This document shows, in pieces, positions 42,877-56,700 of a stretch of DNA of 64,000 nt. The position numbers and the translations under genes were made by a program. This DNA comes from Paramecium tetraurelia (taxonomy: Eukaryota), in assembly GCA_000165425.1 (NCBI GenBank), contig CT867999.1, positions 1-64,000 on the forward strand, written 5' to 3'. Position 1 is the first letter of the stretch. Each line of letters starts with the position of its first letter. Below the pieces are notes generated by a model, which saw only the letters and a program-made list of their open reading frames with translations, did no database searches and was not told the DNA's origin.

Positions 42877-45392
42877 ATGAATAGAAATAAAGACTTGGAT
42901 GCACTCCTCTTTTAAAAGAACACTGAATTAAAATAAGACTTAGAGAAACCTCCCTATTCTCACATAGATATCACCATTACATCTTATAGTGAAATATCTG
43001 ATGGAACTCCAAATAAATTTCCAATCAAAAAAGTCTATACAGAATAAAATTGCTTTTAACATCAAAAGAATAGAATACTAACTCAAGAAGAATAGATCCA
43101 CTAATAAAATCAATTATAGGTATCAAATTCAATTCTTGAATCTATGACCCCATAAAGAATGAATAAATTAATTGATTGGTCTAAATATAATGTAACACCT
43201 GGGGATGGCAAAAATATCTTCCCCCAAGTTCAAGGACCAAGTATCGAATTTTCAAATGAAAACTCATTAAATTTTAAATAACCGTAAAAACTTAATATCA
43301 ACAGCGATATTCTCTTAAATAAATACATCGAAATTGAAGAGAGACTTAAATTGTTATAGGCAAAGCATAAAGACTTTTCAACTCTCGAAGCTCTAAGGGG
43401 TAAGAACCTACAAATAGCCTCTTAGAAAATTGTTAGTTAATAAGAGGTTATCAGATCCAAAGACAAGATTATTGATGAATTAAATTTAGAAATCAAAAAA
43501 AGAAAGGATTATGATATATAAATTAAGGATCTATTAAAAGAAATTGAGCAAAAGGATTAAATATTAAGTGAATTCGAAAATAAATAAGACAAGGATAGAA
43601 TAATTGAAAATTAGGAACAGTAAATTCAAATTCTAACAAACAGATTGAAAAAAGAGTTTGAATATCGAAAGCAGAATGAAAACATGTTGTCAGAAATCAA
43701 ATTAAAAGAGATTAAAAGATCCACAGTATTTGAACTCAATACTAAATGTCAATCTTGTTCATTAAGCAAATAGGAATTGAAAAATATATTATAAGAATGC
43801 TCAATTGAAGATGATAAGAATATTTTTGAAAGTGAAATGTCTGTACCAATTTAAATCAGAGAAGTGGTTACATTACTACTGACAAAGCAGAGAGAATAGA
43901 TAGATATTGCATTTCAATAATATGAAGAATAGTTAAAAGAGTTATCAGATTAAATTGAGTATTTCAAAGAGTAAAATAAGAACTTAATAGATGACAACAA
44001 TAAATTGCATAACTAATTATCAATAATCTTAAATGAAAGAGGAGAACAAGAATAGAAATTATACGAAGAATTTGAAAAAGTAAAAAAGATCAACTACCAA
44101 TTAATTTAGGAAAATTCAGAATTTAAATAATAATTAAAATCTCCCAGAAACTAAGATCATTAGAAATCTATCGATTTAGAGAATTTAGGTCATTTTAAAT
44201 CAATTTAAACAGATAGATCTGGTTTAAATAATGAAATGGCATAAATTAAACAATAATTCTAAAATTAAATAAAGGACTTACTCGGAAAAATATCTGAATA
44301 AGAAAAACAAATATTATAGTTAAAGAATGATTCATTTAAGAATTTATCATCTTCTAAAAAGAATAAGAATTTTTAGAGTCAAAATTTATAAAATGAGATG
44401 AAACACCAGGAATAAAAACTTAAGGAGAAAGATAAAAAGAACATTGAACTTTATTCATAAATAAAATAACTATAGCAAGTCTAAAAAGATTATGAATTAA
44501 CAATTTTTGAGCTTAAGGATGAACTGGAAAAACAGAAAAAGAAATTGTAATAAAAAAATACGGAAGTTAAGTAATTAATTGACTAGAATAAAACCTTTTA
44601 AGACAAAAATACGAATCTAAATCAAAAGATTATTTTGCTCTAATAACAATGCATTTAGTAGGAATCTGATATGAAATTGAATGATACTAAATTATCACCA
44701 AACAATAAAAGCATTGAACAAGATAGGGTGATTAGTTAATATATTTCATCAAATTTGAGTTAGCAATAATTAAATTAATTGGTGGATGAATATAAGAGTT
44801 ATCAATAAGAGTTTGTAGACTTGAAACAGGTTTTTACAGAGAAACTAAGATAACATGAAATATTATAAAATGTATTATTTATTGTTATTATTGTTAGAGA
44901 ATATCAAGACTTCAACAAGACAATAACTATTTGGCTTAGCAAAATCAAAAGTTGATGATGGAAAATTAGAGTCAAAAGGATGATAAATTAACAAAAAGAA
45001 CATCTGAAGAAATTACTACAGGAGTACGATGTTCTGCTGCAACTGGAGATTCAATAAATATAAAATCATTCATCCAATTAGGAGATGAGGAATCTTTAAA
45101 GAGAAAATAATTAAACATTCTAGATCTGATTTAGCCTGAATTAATGTCTACGGAAGAAACTCTTTACATTCTTAAGGAAATACTGATTAGATCCGTAAAG
45201 TCGATAGAATTGATAAAGAAAATATATTAGATAAGTGAAATAAAGGAATTGCTGTTCATCATACAATAGGTGGATGAAAAGTATTAGAGTTCCAACAAAA
45301 AGTTGACTAAGGTTATCAGCTGCATTTTAGGAGAAAAAAGGAAAATAAAATACACAAATAGAAGTGAAAAGCCAGATTTCTATAATTCTTGA
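42877..45392 (+). CDS. Long coiled-coil hypothetical protein
   Basis: Open code-6 frame rich in E/K/Q/L with heptad character. One intron at about 44872-44898. Confidence 0.85.
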
Positions 45393-45407
45393 TATGATCT
45401 ATAAGTA

Positions 45408-46334
45408 TCAATGTTTTTTTGGAATTAATTTTCCAATCGATGTTTATTTTTCTAATCCTGATTTCTTATGAATTTACAATCTACTCTCTCTTATGACTGA
45501 CTCAACGTACTTTTTATCAAAATATTTATTGTAAAAGTCCTTCTAATCGTTTGAATTTACACTTTGAATGGGTTCTATGTATTATTAATATTAATTTTTA
45601 ATATTTTTTATTAAATATTAAGTTTCCTAAAATATCTCCTGATTTATTTGACTTAAACTTGTTTAATCTTTACTTTATTTTTAGGGTGAATAAAATTGAG
45701 TTGCGGATGCTTAAAAATCTTGCATTCCTTCAAAACTACGGTCCTAGCAATCTGACAAGTAAAGATAGATGTGGTGTTGTTCCTTTTAATTTATATACAT
45801 AATGATATACCTTCATTTTTAATTTTGGGTTCAGTCTCAACTTTGTCTATGAAGAGGATGTTTCTGATTATTGGACACTTTACTATGGGACCAACAATGG
45901 ATTTAACTAGAGAGACTAAGCTAGCTGTTGACTTGATTCATTCAAATATAACTTACTTCCCCTCTTCTTCCTTATTTTCAGAGCTGGTTGGCTATTCTTG
46001 ACTGTCTTGTTACTTCAATGGCGGGTTCGGCTATAATATTATTAACATTATACCTTAGACCGCTTACGCTTAAGTGTAGCAGCCTTTTTAAAATCTAAAA
46101 TTAAAGGAAACTTACCTCTTCCTGACGTTCTTTCTCCTGTATACGTTGTAAATACTATTTTATTTTTCTTTCTTCTCTAGTTGAAGTTTACTCATTAATT
46201 ATTAAGGATTATGAAGATCCCTTTGGTAGATTTACTAATTCAGCTGGTTTTACCTATTTCTTTTATTATTCTTCCTATGAAGATAATACACTTGAGTTTT
46301 CTTGACTCTCACCCTTCGAATATTATTCACTCAT
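45408..46334 (-). CDS. Hypothetical low-complexity protein (about 4 introns)
   Basis: ATG 46334; the GT-AG-spliced frame is open to TGA 45408. Confidence 0.7.
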
Positions 46335-46787
46335 TATTATTTAAATTAATTTAAAGATATTAATTTTTCTCTCAAATTAAGAATTTAGAACTTCATTTAA
46401 TCCAATTCATCTTCGAGCCTTTTATTGCAACACTTCAAATGAATTTAATTTTACTTTTTTTTATTTTATATTATACAAATTTTAAGAGCAAATTAATACA
46501 ATCACAATCCAATTGTGAAAATGCATATTCATGCTTATCTATATGATGTTCACATTCATATAATGATGTCATCCAAAATTCTTATCAATAATAATTTTCA
46601 CATATATTGTGATAACACATTTTATATACATAAAGAATAAGTAAAAATAATGATATATGTCTAAAATATATATAATCTATATTATTCTGTTCTATTTTCA
46701 TATTTGAAATTACAAAACACTATGTAATATAGTAATAGATTTAATACAATTTAATTTTAATGATTTAAAAATAAGTGTTTAATTATA

Positions 46788-48096
46788 TCATAATTGCAGA
46801 AGATGATCCCATCCAGTTGGTTCTGAGACTTTACTAATTAAGGGATCAATCACTATTTTAAATGCATCATCTATCATTTTTGGTATCAATTCTTTCAATA
46901 ATGGCGATGACTCTTCAAGACACGGATTAGTGTTGATTTCAATAAGCCATGGCTTCAATTATTCATCTAACATAAAATCATATCCAAAGATCTCAAAAGA
47001 ATATTTAAATTTTTTAAAAGTATTTTGTACTGCCATCCAAGAAAAGACTATAATTGACTTAAGTTTTGGTAACACAGTTTTGGTGAATTCTCCATTTGTA
47101 TAATAATCCAATTCTGAGTATGAAATTTAATTTCCCAATTCAAAAAACCCATAATTTTTGGAGTGTTTTTAAACAGCATTATTAGTTAAGTGAATAAATG
47201 CATCCAATTGGTTTAGATCAAACATTTCCGAAGACAATCTTGCATAACCCTAATTAAAAACATAAATCTCAAAAGAATAGGTTACTAAAACCCATATTCT
47301 AATATCGAATTTTCTTCCATCTAATAGCAATGGTCTTTAAATGTACTTCTATATCACAAAAGAGGAGGATTTAATTTAACCTTGACTAAATTGATATTCA
47401 GAAGTGCCTTTAGTGAAATCCTTTAATATTTGCTTGAGTTCTTCAATGGTTCTGAAGAATTGGATACCTCTTCCTCGATTGAATTCATTTGGCTTTAAAA
47501 TCTTAACAGTTAGTGCAAATGAATACCCAAATGTAATTGTCTTCTTCGTCGTAAAAACTATAGTGCATTTTAGGGTGGATATATTATTAATACCGCTTGG
47601 AGGGACAATTATGTTAAGATTTCTTGTCGCTTGAAGGTTTGAATTATTCATAAAAGTATGTGAATTCCTAGAGAACTCTATTTAGATTGCTTTCTTAAGA
47701 ATAAAGGTCAATGATGAAAGATAATGGAGTTACATCCCATACATAGCGCTTGTTGGATTAACAAAACTATTTTAGATTTCTTATTAAATTGCATTTCATG
47801 GTAAGTTCTCTGTGATTCTGTAAATGGTTAACAATTTGAATATTGGATTAGCTGAGTGTAAGATATTTAAAGTTCTTGTCGCTCATGTTCCATTGAAAAT
47901 GAATTAAATTATTTTCTGATTCTTACCAATTCTTTCTTTTTTTCATTGTTTAAATAATAAGTTTGCTATTGTTTCCAGGAGCTACATGGTAATAATAAAC
48001 TTATGGATTCAATATTTTGAAAGATTAATATCTAGGAATTTATTTGAATTAAGAGATTGGCTCATTTTGATCCTCCACTTGCTATTATTGTAACAT
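46788..48096 (-). CDS. Tubulin-tyrosine ligase-like (TTLL) tubulin polymodifying enzyme
   Basis: PGNNS, WILKPNEFNRGRGI, QKYIQRPLLLDGRKFDIRIW, HLTNNAVQK, FEIFGYDFMLD, LIEINTNPCL. One 25-nt intron; 428 codons. Confidence 0.95.
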
Positions 48097-48111
48097 ATAA
48101 ATTAATTAAAA

Positions 48112-49386
48112 ATGATAGATAATCAAACTTTGTAAAGCATACTCAATTATTAGAATGTAACAGAAGGATATTCATATGAAGAATTGAGTGAGTTAAAGAA
48201 TTTCAAGACTATGTTTTCTAATCATAAGATATATTTTGGGCAAGTATTCAATTCAAAGAAGCACGGGAAAGGTGTGTTATGGTCCAAATAAGGACATATT
48301 TATGAGGGGGAATTTAATAACAATAGAAAACATGGATTTGGGCTGGAGATATTCTAATCAAAATCTAGATATTGTGGAAGTTATGTAAATGGTAGGCCTG
48401 AAGGCTTGGGAAAATTTATATGGGGAAATGGAGAATCTTATGATGGGGAATGGTTGAACGGGTTTAAACATGGTTATGGAAGCTGGATAGGATTAAAGGG
48501 AGATAGTTATAGTGGGTAATGGGCATATGACAAGCCTCATGGTTAAGGCATTCATAAATGGATTAATGGAGAACAATATCAGGGGGAGTTTAAGGAATGT
48601 TTGAAACATGGTTTTGGTGAAGAAATGTTTTCAAATGGAGACAGGTATGTTGGGATGTATTAAAATGGAACTCCGGATGGAGATGGAGAATATTTCTATT
48701 CAAGTGGGGCATATTTCCACGGTTAATTTTTGAATGGATTGAAATCCGGCTATGGTGAATATCGATGTGCCAATTACACTTATAAGGGCTATTATTAAAA
48801 TGACAAAAAGAATGGAGAAGGGGAGTTGATATATGCAAATGGTAGTAGAAAAAAAGGGAAATTTTATAACGATTTGTTTGAGAATATTGAAACAAACAAG
48901 CTTACTATTAACACATAACCAGAAAGAAGTCCCAAGAATATAGTCAATATTACCAATTCTAAACCTCCACTCTATTTATCTTAGACTAAACCAGCCAAAT
49001 AATAGATTGAATCCTCGTCTATGAATAAGACGGTTAACATAACTAGAAGTTCTCAAGAAAATAAAATAAAGAATCTAATTAATAGATTGCCAGTTATGAG
49101 TATTAAATTGAGGAGCAATTCAACCAGATAATCAAATTAGGATAGCGAACCCAACAGCAGTAGTTAACGTAAAAACAACTACTCAGTAAACAGTAAATAG
49201 ACTTCTCCTAAGTATTCTGTGATTAATTAAGCACTGCCAACTACGATGACAATTTATAAAAGCAATAATTAACAAGAGTGTTCTAAAAAGTTTGACAGCA
49301 CCTTAGGAAAATTCAATAATAAAATAGGATTGAAAGAAAAATAAAGTCAGAATCATCGAGGTAAGTCTTCATCAAAATAAAATTGA
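48112..49386 (+). CDS. MORN-repeat protein with S/N/K-rich tail
   Basis: About 9-10 repeats of YxGxWxxGxxHGxG (e.g. YDGEWLNGFKHGYG). Intronless, 425 codons. Confidence 0.95.
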
Positions 49387-49413
49387 ACTTAAATTACTTT
49401 ATATCTTAATTAA

Positions 49414-50205
49414 TCATTTTAAAACATTCATTTCTTATTGATTCATTAATTCGTCATTCTAAGTTGTGTTTTCTTCTACTCTCTTCTTGAATGCACGAAT
49501 ACATGCTAGCAAAATTACGCCACAAATTATTGTGAATAGTGCAATTAGATGTATAGTAGATCTTTTATCAACTGTAAAATTTTCAACCTTAATCAAACCT
49601 TTGAGTAATGGGGTTATTGACTCTGTTTAAGCCGCGGAGTTCAAAGATTTAGAGTAATTTTGTAAATTTGCTATTTGTTCTGCTGTTATTGGCAAGGAAT
49701 CAGACAGAATGAATATCTTCCTACCACAATTCTCATATTGCACAAAATAATCGACATCCTTCAATTGTTCTGCCAAATCAACTAATCTTAATTAGAAATT
49801 ATTTTAGATTTGAAGTGTAGGGTTTTCTCGAATATTATTATTTGTTTCAACAGGAATAACAAGTTAAGCAAAGGCTAAGTTATCGATTTCTGTTGTATTC
49901 ATTTGATACATATTTACTATGATTTCGCATTTTGCTTCTTCTTCGTCAGGAATGATATGGATAGCTGGACAATAAATCTCAAAATTTTGGGATCCGAAAA
50001 TTAGTGAGGACTGGAATATTTGAATTTTAGATTTATCATTAATACTAAAATTCTCGCCATAACCAATTATGTATTCTCCTTCCAATCTTATGACGATATC
50101 GGTTTCTGATTATTGCTTCTGGACTGATTTGGGAATTTGGAGATAGACATTCTCGATGCATTGTCCACTCGCAATAATTAATAAAGAGAGGAAATATATT
50201 GGCAT
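49414..50205 (-). CDS. Hypothetical single-pass type I membrane protein
   Basis: Signal-like MPIYFLSLLIIASG and a C-terminal TM (IHLIALFTIICGVILLACI) followed by basic residues. 264 codons. Confidence 0.8.
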
Positions 50206-50258
50206 TTAATAAATAAAATGAATTACCTGTTAAAGATAATTAATTATATATTTTACAA

Positions 50259-51668
50259 ATGAAAAAACTATAATAAATAGAGAATATTAAGCCTGTAAAT
50301 AACGAATTCCGATTGAGTGATTTGAATTATCTCTTGCAAGGTAATAGTATATTTAAATTACAAAGGAGGAAGACCAAAAGAGAAGTATCTAATGCATCAA
50401 GTGTTTCAACACTTCCATTAGGATTCTGAACTTGCCAAAAAATTAACAAATCTGCTACTGAAATTTGAAAACCCAAATGAGTATGATAAGGAGAAATGGA
50501 CTCCGTTGCATCTGGCTGTGAGATATAATTAAAATAAAGCAGTGATTTATGCCTAATAAATTGGATAATTCGATTTTCATGTTCTATCAGGATAATAAGG
50601 ACTATCATTAATGCATTTGGCTGTTCTTAAAAGCAATTACGAAATCATAGAAATCTTGATTGTAAGTCATTTAATTAACCATTAGGAAGAGAAAGTTTCT
50701 TTATTCACAGAGAATGTAGATGGAGTATTGCCAAGGAGATTTGCATTACAATCTCCAGTTAATTTAAAAATGATCAAGAAATACGAGAATCAATAAATAT
50801 TGAGATTTCTAATTGATCTTGAAGACATCGATGATGATGAATCAACTGAAGCAAACAAAATTTAAAATTTGAACGTTTCCCAATAATCAATTAAACAAGG
50901 AGAAGCCAATGATGTTCTCATTACTAGACCAAAGGTATCATTAACCTACCATGTGTAATTAAAACAGTTCAATCCCAGCTATTTATAATGTGAAAGATTT
51001 TATGAAAATGCTTTGAACATTATTTTTGAAGCAAACGATGTACTTATTTGATATGCGCTAGAATAAGAGCTTTATACAAGTATGTTACTATTGTTGTCTT
51101 TGAGCAATGATAAGTTTCCAACCAAGCACATTTAATAATTGGTCGAATAATTAAATGTCACAATACCAATACTTAGACAAGACTTTTTTACAATTGAATC
51201 TAAATTTGAACAATCCAGTAAGAAAATCAAGAAGGATCTGGTTTATGCAATATAGGATTACAGAATAGTATATATAAATATTCAACTAAGTAGAAATTGA
51301 AAGGGATTCCGAACATCTTTGGAGAACAAAAGAATTAAGAAGCCATCAACAATTTGAAACGCTTCACTTCAAATAAGTTAGAATATGACATCAAAAATTA
51401 TGCTGCTGTATTTCCGATGCCATAATTGATGCAACAGATACAAAGATTGAGTTACTTCTCTCATTTTAGTTTTTTGATTTGCGGATTTCCCAAGATAAAA
51501 TTCCAATCGAATCATTTGGTGTTGCATCAATTTGAATGTCTGAATTAGTAGGAACATTATTAGTCGACTGAATCATCCAGAGTCAAGGGGTCTAGTGTGC
51601 ATGAATCCAATACCAATTTGGATTCAAAATTGAAATTTAATAATATTTACAATAATTATTAATTATGA
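50259..51668 (+). CDS. Ankyrin-repeat protein with an internal in-frame TGA (possible pseudogene)
   Basis: EKWTPLHLAVRYNQ and GLSLMHLAVLKSNYEIIEILI. Introns at about 50341, 50662 and 51268. In-frame TGA at 51049-51051. Confidence 0.75.
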
Positions 51669-52425
51669 ATAAATCACAATAAGAAGCTATTCAGAAGAAC
51701 CATTATGGCAAACTAGAATACTGGGAAAGAAGATATTCAGAGTATTTTGTAATGTTATTCTAGAAATGATAAACCATTTGAATGGTATTAAAATTATGAT
51801 AACTTAAAAGACATTGTTACACAATACATCAATCAAAACAGTCGTATTCTCAACATTGGATGTGGCAATTCAAGTACCCTTATTCACTGAATTAATTATA
51901 GATATCCCTGAAGACATGTACAAAGAAGGTTATCAATGGATTGTTAATCTAGATTTCTCTAAAACAGTTATTGAATTCATGAAAGAGAAGTTTAAGTCTT
52001 ATCCTGCTCATTTTTAATGTATTCACTTAGATCCATATATAGTTGTCTTGGCTGATGCGAGAGAATTGCCATTTGCAAATGATTCATTTGATTGTGTCTT
52101 CGACAAAGGTCTATTGGATGCTGTCCTAAGTGGAGACTACTCAGCCCAGAATTCTAAAAAAGTGATCAATCACATCTACAGAGCATTAAAAAAAGACACA
52201 GGTGTATATATAATTGTCTCCCATGGATTCCCTGAATAGAGACTTCCATATCTAAGCAAATCAGAATATAATTGGAAGGTGACATACAGTAAAGTTTATA
52301 AACCTGATGTAAGAACTAAAAGTTTGGAATTCGATGCTACAGATCTTAATAATTATCATTTCATCTATGTTTGCAAAATGGATAGATATCAAGGTTAAAC
52401 TGCTGCCTAAGTCATTGGAATTTGA
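51665..52425 (+). CDS. Class I SAM-dependent methyltransferase, EEF1AKMT4/METTL13-N-like
   Basis: YGKLEYWERRY, FEWYQNY, motif I ILNIGCGNS, NLDFS, ADARELPF, FDCVFDKGLLDA. Three tiny introns. Confidence 0.93.
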
Positions 52426-52592
52426 TTATATTATACAGACTTAAGAAATATTCATAGATATTCAATAAGAGACTCAAAATAATTATGATATTTAATATTT
52501 TATTACACATATAAGTGCTTAATTCTCTCATCCAATATTTTGTAGAAGTATCAATCCCAATTACACCTATATTCATTTATTTGAATAATATT

Positions 52593-52910
52593 ATGGATGT
52601 GAATGAAAAATACCAAATAGCAGATGTGCCTAATAATTAAGAATAATGGCTGTATTTTTATTTTATTATTTTAATCAAGAATATACTGATGCAGGATGAT
52701 AAAGATAATGATATCAATGTATGGAGAATATAAAACAAAATAAATTTGAGTTTAATTGGTTATTTGGATATTAAAAGATTTGTATAATTGATTTCAAATC
52801 TAAGAAATGAATGGTTATAATCTTATAGAATTTTTGATTTGGTTAACTTATTTATTTGCATCTCTTTCATTCATTCCAATAAATCATCTCATTAAAGATA
52901 ATAAATTTGA
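52593..52910 (+). CDS. Short hypothetical ORF (105 aa)
   Basis: ATG-to-TGA open frame under code 6; no recognisable motif. Confidence 0.3.
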
Positions 52911-53365
52911 TTATTTATGTAATATATTATGAGACTCCTTTTTATTTAATGATTTAGATTCTAATATATTCCTTTTCATGAGGACAACCGGATTGGGCTT
53001 GACCCCAATAGTAATCACCTTCCCTATTTTAAGCACAAGTCATTAGATGATAATAGCATCAAAGTCTTAATATTCCTATTGATATTATTTGCATTAATTA
53101 TAATTATACTCAAGAGGCTCATGTTATCCTATAAGAACACATGAATTGTCTCCATGAATCAATTCCAAAATATTCTAATTTTGTATATATTTCCGATGAA
53201 AATAAAAAGAACGGAATTTCTAGAATAATCAATTAATCTAGGCATTAACTGAAATCTATTTCACTGAGCCATGTGGAATAATATCCATTTATAAAGAAGA
53301 GTACTTTATGGGCACACACTATTATTGATCTTATTTGGATGGGGTTGTAAATTAATTAATATTTT

Positions 53366-53987
53366 ATGCATAACTAAATTAAGACTAAGTACAATCTTGA
53401 TAGATAGAGTATGTCATAATATTGAGTTAGATTTATATTTTGCAGATAACAAAATCAGCTTGGCCTTTAGTTAATATGAAAGGATGAGACCATTTGGATT
53501 AAAATAACATGTTGAATTTGATAGTGACTACGATGATCCTCCAACGAAAATGATCGATATCACAAAACTACCTAATGGATAGTTCAAAGATAGAAGTAAG
53601 TTCCAAGTTATAACAAGGGTACATGCACAATGATGAGTCATTTTTTGTATAAATGGGTGGAAAGAATAGAGAATTAATTGCCTAGAAAATCAGATCGAGA
53701 CTAGAAAGTAGATAGAGTCCTGTGACGCATAGGGGTAATTGGTGTTTCTCTTATGATTAAAGCTAGAAAGTCCTATTTATGATCAAAGGATGATCAAAAA
53801 GGCTTTATAATGTCAACAATTAAAATCATCAAATTCTGCAAGGTTTTTTCGAATACAGACTCCAAAATTATCTCCTATATGTCGGATTGAAGTGAGACCG
53901 ATGAGTGGGGAAGGTGAAGGTGAGAAAACTATGGCGTAGTTCAGTTCAGCACAGTAAAAACTTTTTAGAATACTGCTCAAGAAATGA
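53366..53987 (+). CDS. Hypothetical protein (3 introns)
   Basis: GT-AG introns of 22, 22 and 32 nt give a continuous frame MHNQIKTKY...KLFRILLKK*. Confidence 0.6.
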
Positions 53988-54082
53988 ATTAATTTTGGTG
54001 TTAGAAATAATTAAAATTCTCTTATTAATCGAAATGATTATAAATTATAGCAATCATAATATGATATATTTATGTTTAATGA

Positions 54083-55380
54083 TCATGATATTATTTTCAC
54101 ATTAGGCAGTGTTTATTATTATTATTACTATTGTAAAAGTGTTGGTTGGATAGTTTGGATAGGCTAATCTTAAATAATGTATTGCTTATGAATTGGCTAT
54201 GGAGGAAATGATTGAGATGAATCAATGACATATTGTGCTTAAATTGGTCGAGTAGTAGTGGTTTATTCAAGAACAACTCTCTGAGGAGATTGTTATTGAA
54301 GTAATATCGACTGTCTTGACAATTCTATGCTGATTCGTTACTCTAAAGATTTAATCAACTCATCCTTTTATCCTATGATAGTGGCCATCTTAATATTCTC
54401 TTATTCTAGAAACCTAAAATCGTTGATCATTCTAGTGTAATCTTGTTTTAATCTGATCTTCTCAGGATCCTCCCTGAAAGACAATGACGATAATTCTGAA
54501 TTAGAGAATTTGAGGGAATCAATTTCTCTCAGCAATGCATTACGCTCCTACTCTAAATATCTTACCTGATTAATCAACTCATAATTCTCTTATGGCACTG
54601 GAACATGAACTACTTATTGAGGAATTGGTTGTCTTAATCGTAGATCCAAATCTTAGATCTAACTACTCTTTTGTTAAAGGTCTATTTGCATGTTATTTAT
54701 GATTTGTTTCAAGTCCTTAATTCTTTTCTTTTTCTTATCCAATTGGTTTTCCAATCTCTCTATTTAATATGGGTTGATGATTTAAGTTTATTATTATTAA
54801 GGCTGAGTTTATTGACCTCTTTAACTTAATTGATGTTTAATATCAAAGAGTGATTATTTCAAATCTATTAATTGTCGTTATTATTCATCCTACATCTTTT
54901 GATTCTGCAATATTTCTAATTGTTATTACATTTTTAATTCCATTTCCCTAACTTCTTGTATGTGCAATTTCTCTATTTCATCTAGTTTCCTCTCGTAATC
55001 CTCATTTCTATTTTAGACAATTGGTTACTTCTCTAGGAATATTGATTGACTTTACCTTTCAACACCACTTATCTTGTAACAACCTTTTACTCCTTGTCAC
55101 AACATGGCACACAAGGCATACAAGACATGCAGCAATTCTATTCCTAGATCACATGATCTTATTTTATGAATTATGATTCTCCTTGCACCACTCTTCTCTC
55201 TCTTATCACTGTTGGTTCTGCTGTTATGATTTAAGTTCCTTGGATATGAGGTATCACCACTGTTGGTTATTCGTATGTGGCAGCTATGTATGGAGTGGGA
55301 ATATAGGATTAATAGTATGATTGAGGATGATCATATCGATTTTCTACTACTTTAGTTTTCTTTTCAGAGTGTTTTGACAT
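54083..55380 (-). CDS. Coiled-coil protein with epiplasmin-like N-terminal motif and Cys cluster (candidate cortical cytoskeleton protein)
   Basis: P/V/Y-rich N-terminus, RERRVVQGESQF, CCMSCMPCVPCC, a long coiled-coil and a Q/P/I-rich tail. One intron at about 55034-55056. Confidence 0.8.
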
Positions 55381-55416
55381 TAAAATAAATCAACGGTTAA
55401 TTAATTAAAAAATTAT

Positions 55417-56094
55417 TCACAGCACAGTAGCATTGCATGAGCAATCAAGTATTGACCAAAAAGAAGGTGGATGGGTATACTTCTTTCTATTTTGGACATC
55501 CTCAAATTAAGTCAACAACGATTCACTATAATCCATTCTTTGTCTCTATTGAATTGCAAATCTCTTGGCATATTCAATGAATTATGATTCTTTCTTAGAT
55601 TTGTCAATCATCATTTTTAAGGCTCCCTATTTATTATTAATAGCCTCAAGAATAATAATTTTAAATTAATCATTATTTTAGCATTGTATTTGTTACACTT
55701 TTTTATGCGGAATTGAGTTTTCAAAATATCTCTCAGCCTTCTTTATTTTCTTAGTCCAATCCACCCTGAATTCACATACCTGTCTAAAGGTTTTACCTTG
55801 CTAATTCTTTTCATATAATTGTTCATGAATACAATTATCCAAATGTAAACATGGTTAAATAACCAAAGAAACTAATAATTCCAAATCCCTTTGATTCTTA
55901 TATTCAAAGAGTTTCTTATCACAAGATGTTGGCGACTTCAATTTAATAGTATAACTATTATAACACTCCACTTGAATTGAATGCTTTAATTTGTCATATA
56001 TCTGAATCTGAGGAGATGGGTGTTTCCGATGAGCACTTACTCTCAGTTAATTGATTTTGGATTCATCTTGAACTAAATTTGAGATATTCTTCAT
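55417..56094 (-). CDS. Hypothetical protein
   Basis: Intronless 226-codon frame from ATG 56094 to TGA 55417. Confidence 0.75.
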
Positions 56095-56124
56095 TAATTT
56101 AAATTATGTTCCACTAATACTTAA

Positions 56125-56700
56125 ATGATAAAAGTATTAGATTAAGTTCAATACATTATTCATGAATAAACACTGTTACATTCTGTCATTTAAAATATAT
56201 ATAATTCATTACCTCCTGATTTATATTCTAATTCTAGTATTACCATACCATCTTAACTACAAATTAACTTGTTCTCTGAATTTATTTTAATAACGTCATT
56301 TACATATATCTAGTTTAATGAGCATAATAAATTTAATCAAAAATATCTAGCATTTAATATTAAGAAAACAATCTAATAAATATCGCATTTGATCATTTAT
56401 TAGTAGAGAACTATTAGAAGAGAGTAGAGTTTATGGTTCTAAAATTATGATTATAGAAAATAACATTCTACACTTCAAATGGAAGAAATGAGGAGAATAC
56501 AAAAAGTGGATTAGGAAATTCGTTTTTCTGAATATAATATAAAAATTATTAAAGAATTGGGAAGAATTAATTTAGGAGATATAATATTATAACTACAATC
56601 AATGAAATTTGTAATTTTCATCTCAAATTTTTTTCAATTTATAGATTCATTTGACATGAATTTACTAATTTTATTTTAATTTTAATATCAAATTCTTTGA
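56125..56700 (+). CDS. Hypothetical ORF
   Basis: 192-codon open code-6 frame, divergent from the previous gene; no motif. Confidence 0.4.

Noticed and set aside
51049..51051. In-frame TGA as selenocysteine
   Set aside because: No redox motif context and no recognisable SECIS or room for a 3' UTR; nonsense, error or intron explanations are simpler.
52929..53350. Coding-like stretch between 52.9 and 53.35 kb (also 56.86-57.37 kb and 58.4-59.1 kb)
   Set aside because: No consistent spliced ORF found; these may be decayed genes but cannot be supported as features.
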